Assembly: GCA_002633005.1 (NCBI GenBank)
Contig: NMRA01000121.1
Span: 692,501 to 756,500 of the forward strand
Direction: 5' to 3'
Origin: Phoronis australis
Lineage: Eukaryota; Animalia; Phoronida
DNA: 64,000 nucleotides
A program made the position numbers and the translations under genes. Shown in pieces: positions 60,390 to 64,000 of the stretch. A model generated the notes under the pieces. That model searched no databases. It was not told where the DNA came from and saw only the letters and a list, made by a program, of their open reading frames with translations. Every line of letters starts with the position of its first letter. Within the stretch, counting starts at the first letter, position 1.

Positions 60390-63300
60390 GGCTTCACCCA
60401 CATGTTAGCAAAGAAACAAAATGTCTAATGGTAAAATTTCGTAAATTTCTTACTTTAGGAATTTCCAAAAGTTTCATTTTTAATAGTTTACTTCATTGCA
60501 GCAAAATGGTACCACAGTTACAATAAAAACACCCTGTAATTGTTGTTAGTTTATATTTGTTGAGAAATTCAACGAACTGGGTTCCACTTCTCTGCCACAT
60601 ATTTCTCTGTAAATATGCTTTAAATTGAAGAAACTTCCAGGTTCTGTAAGATCATGTAGGTGTAGTCCCCCAAAAGTTCTTTTGGTTATGTTAATTAAGG
60701 GCGAGTCCACATGTCACTCACTACAGAACCTTAGTTATCACTTACAGTGAGTAAGAGATCACTAAGCTTTGGGATAAATTTCGCGTTTACTCCACATAGT
60801 AAATAACATTCTTCTTAAGTGCTATAAAAGGATTTATATAGTTCCAAGTTAAGCCCCAAATGTGTTATAGCTGGCACCTACTGAATTGGTAAAAACTATT
60901 GGTGAAATCATGAACTGATTATTCTTAGGTTTGACACCTTTCAAACATGGAATGGTGTGGTCAAGGGTTACTCATAACTTCTCTGTATGTGCTTCACTTT
61001 CACAGTCATGGTGTCTGGCCGTCTGGATTTCAGGCATAGATCTAGGTTGCCAGGTGGGACAGGACCCCTTGCTGAGCCACTATTGTTTTGCTGTAATGGA
61101 TAAACATAAAGCGCCCCCTGTGGCTGTGCATTTAATTGGAATCCCTCAGGATCCATGCTTGATTTTAAGCATCTAATCTTCTGGGTGTTCTGGGGTCCCA
61201 CACAGATTAACAGATTTGTTCAGGTGATTTTCATGCATCAATGTTTTTGGGAGGCTTTTAGCTTGAGGTGGAATCTTTCTTGTTAGAAAAAATAAGTGAA
61301 AGGTGTGTTTGCCCACTTATTCCAACCATTCATCATTGTATAGACTTTTTCTTCCTTGTGTTTATGTGAAATATCAGATGGTGTTAAATTTATTATTTTG
61401 ATAATACAATTATTACAATTATTCTCTTTTGGAGTATAAGGAGTCATTGCCTTATGCATATAAATTTCATGTTTCCTTATTCTATGTAAATAAATAAATG
61501 ACTAATGCAAAGTATGGATCTTTTTTATATTGTACTCCTTGGCTGCAATCAGAGTATTTGGACACCAAATTTTCCTTGAGACAAGTTTTGTTGAATACGA
61601 CATTCCATTTGTTTTTAATGCCGCCATAGACAGTTTATCTATTAGGCTAATTCTGCATATTAGGCCAATAAAAACAAATGGAGCCTTGTGTCCAACAAAA
61701 CTTGTTTGCTGGATTGTAAAGCATTGTTTCGAACCACTGTTAAATAAAGCTGTTATTTGAATCCAACAAAAGCAAACTTATAATTTAGTGAATGTAGCGT
61801 CAAAACTGGTCTGAATTTTTTTCCTTACTCTGATAAGAAGTGAATCTGGACTTGAACCGGATGGTTCGTTCATCATTGGTGGAGATCACGCGTCATGAGT
61901 TGACTTGACCCAGCAGATCGTTTATGCGGCAAGCATGATCCAAACCAACTAATTGTTAGTTCTTCCCATTCCCGATAGTCGTGTCTATCTGCGTAAGGAA
62001 TGAGTCGACACCACTTTTATCACGGTTCACGGCCGTGGGAAGCCCGGGGAGGCGTTTAATTTAAACAAGTAGCTGCGTCGGGATTGAAACCTTGCCACTG
62101 GAGAGGAGGAAGAGGGAGATTTTGAAATTTGCCTCTAGTGGGGGAGCCTAAAATGTTGACGACCGGGAGGTCGTTTATTTTATTCGACCAGGGTAGCCGA
62201 AATCGAGGTGGCGATCGGAGCGGAGGAACCATTACGAAATTTACAAAGACTTGAGGTCAAAATGGCAGAGATAGTAGAGAAGAGTTAGACCGCGAAATCA
62301 ATGTTATCTGTGCCCCTCAGCAATTTTTACCTTCTTATTCACCTGCGGATAGTGGAAGCGCCATCTGATGCACGTTCCAACATCCATTCTGGTTTCCGAT
62401 ATAAAAACAAGTCACTGATTTCCAAATTCTAAGAACATGAAGACTAATAATACGTCACGGAACTTCTGCAAAAAATATTTCAACATGATACAGCATTTTT
62501 CGGAATAGAATTGAATATGTTTGTTTTAAATTGGCAATTAAATCCACTGACTTTTGATTTTAGAATACTTACTGTTATAAAATTGATCTCAACTTGTTCT
62601 ATACTCAGATGTAAAGTCATTTTTGTCATGCAAAGAATCGACAAGTTGTTAATGCTTGAAACTATGCTTGGTGAATAAATAGACGCAACGGTGATAGCCT
62701 GGACTACTTTTTTTCTTGAAAAAGTCTTACCAAGTGGTTTCGACGTTTCAGTTGAAATTCTTGAAAAATAATGTGCAAATGAACTGAAGCGGTAGAATTG
62801 TGGAGAGGTTAGCCAGTTCCGTGGTCCTGCATTTCCGATTTGAAAATTTAATTTGAAAGGACCTCACAAGAACGCTCTTATTGGGAGGGTTGCGTACTGT
62901 AGTTTACTAAGAATGGCTGGAAAGGAATAGTAAAGATGTGCACAATGCAGCATTGTCTTGAAATGCAAAAACGTTTACGACAACGCAAGAAAACACCCAT
63001 TGAATAATCAAAATATGTAGAGCCTCCATTGATGGAAATAGCGACGGTTTAACCAGAGGAATGTTTATAAACAGGGGGCTGCTGATGTCTCTCTCACCGT
63101 ATGGCGGCAGACGAGCGAAGGGGGACACGTGACGCTGGTGCACTGGCCCCAATGAGTTCTCAGCGTCAGAAGCGAAACTTTGGCAGGCCCCTAGTCAGCA
63201 TTGCGCGGGAGGTGGTTTGAATTTCTTCAGAGGTTGACCTTTGATATTTTGCAAACGTCGACCCTGGAGTTTTCGGTAAGCCCTTGACGCAGTTTAATTA

Positions 63301-63449
63301 TAGGGTAGGGAAATCTGTATGCACTACAATCATGGGATGACTATCAGCTCTACAGTGTATGTTCCTGAAATAAGACGGAATTCGTAATCCAGAAATGAGG
63401 ATGCCGTGACGGTCAGTGCTCGCAAAGAACGGGATTCAAATTCGAATGT

Positions 63450-64000
63450 ATTGTGGTCCCACACAAATAGAGCGTTCTTGCGTCACTTACCTCCTGTCAA
63501 ACTTTCAACTCAGGCGTGTTCAAATGAGTGATTACACCTCATTACACAGTCCGACGGAAATATTTAGTCGGAGACGTAATTTTTGATCTGCCTATTTTTG
63601 TTTACGCCGCTCGAAGTGGGCCGGAAACAGCGCACTATTCCGAAGGTTCACTACTCCGAAAATATCTAAACTTTAGAACTCAGGTGTAATTGTTATACTT
63701 TTACAAGCAAAAATAAACGAGATTTTGGATATCAGATGCAGCAATACCGACTGACAACGCCCGGGTAATAAATCACTTTCTTTGGATTTCCTGCGCATGC
63801 GAAATTGCCCGCATGTCTTACAAATATGGAAAAATGAGTACGTACTTGCATTTTTAAAAGAATTTGATGTAGGAATACCGATGAATTATCAACCAGGTTA
63901 CATTCATCTTGTCCATGTCAAGATCGCATTATTTCACAGGCGCGACTGAAAAGTTTAGGGCTACTGCGGCGCCTCAACCTCACCCACCGGAATTACTCGC
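63450..64000. promoter_or_regulatory. CpG-rich promoter-like region at the window end
   Basis: NRF1-like TGCGCATGCG (63792), ETS-like CCGGAA (63621), raised CpG density, minus-strand donor GAG|gtaagt at ~63490. Confidence 0.35.

Overview
AT-rich, intron-containing DNA from an invertebrate animal; not prokaryotic, no CRISPR or rRNA, and most short ORFs in the track are noise. Four genes were reconstructed by hand. (1) A MEP-1-like multi-C2H2 zinc-finger gene (+), with one ~4-kb terminal coding exon, an in-frame 69-nt upstream exon, and no start codon identified. (2) A 3-exon CFAP90/C5orf49 ciliary gene (-, 154 aa). (3) Head-to-head with it, a 14-coding-exon RSPRY1 gene (+, ~523 aa, 20276-57452) that needs an 11-nt microexon and starts with an MGxCxC lipidation motif. 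(4) An unrecognised ~580+ aa K/Q/E-rich gene nested antisense in the 20-kb RSPRY1 intron. Repeats include four or more copies of a Helentron/HINE-like element whose ~150-bp internal repeats carry co-oriented CTCF-like motifs, several MITEs, tRNA-derived SINE fragments, a TIR element with a decayed HIRAN-like ORF, and minisatellites. An exon duplication at the single N (51731) is probably an assembly artefact. Homology calls come from recalled family motifs, not database searches.
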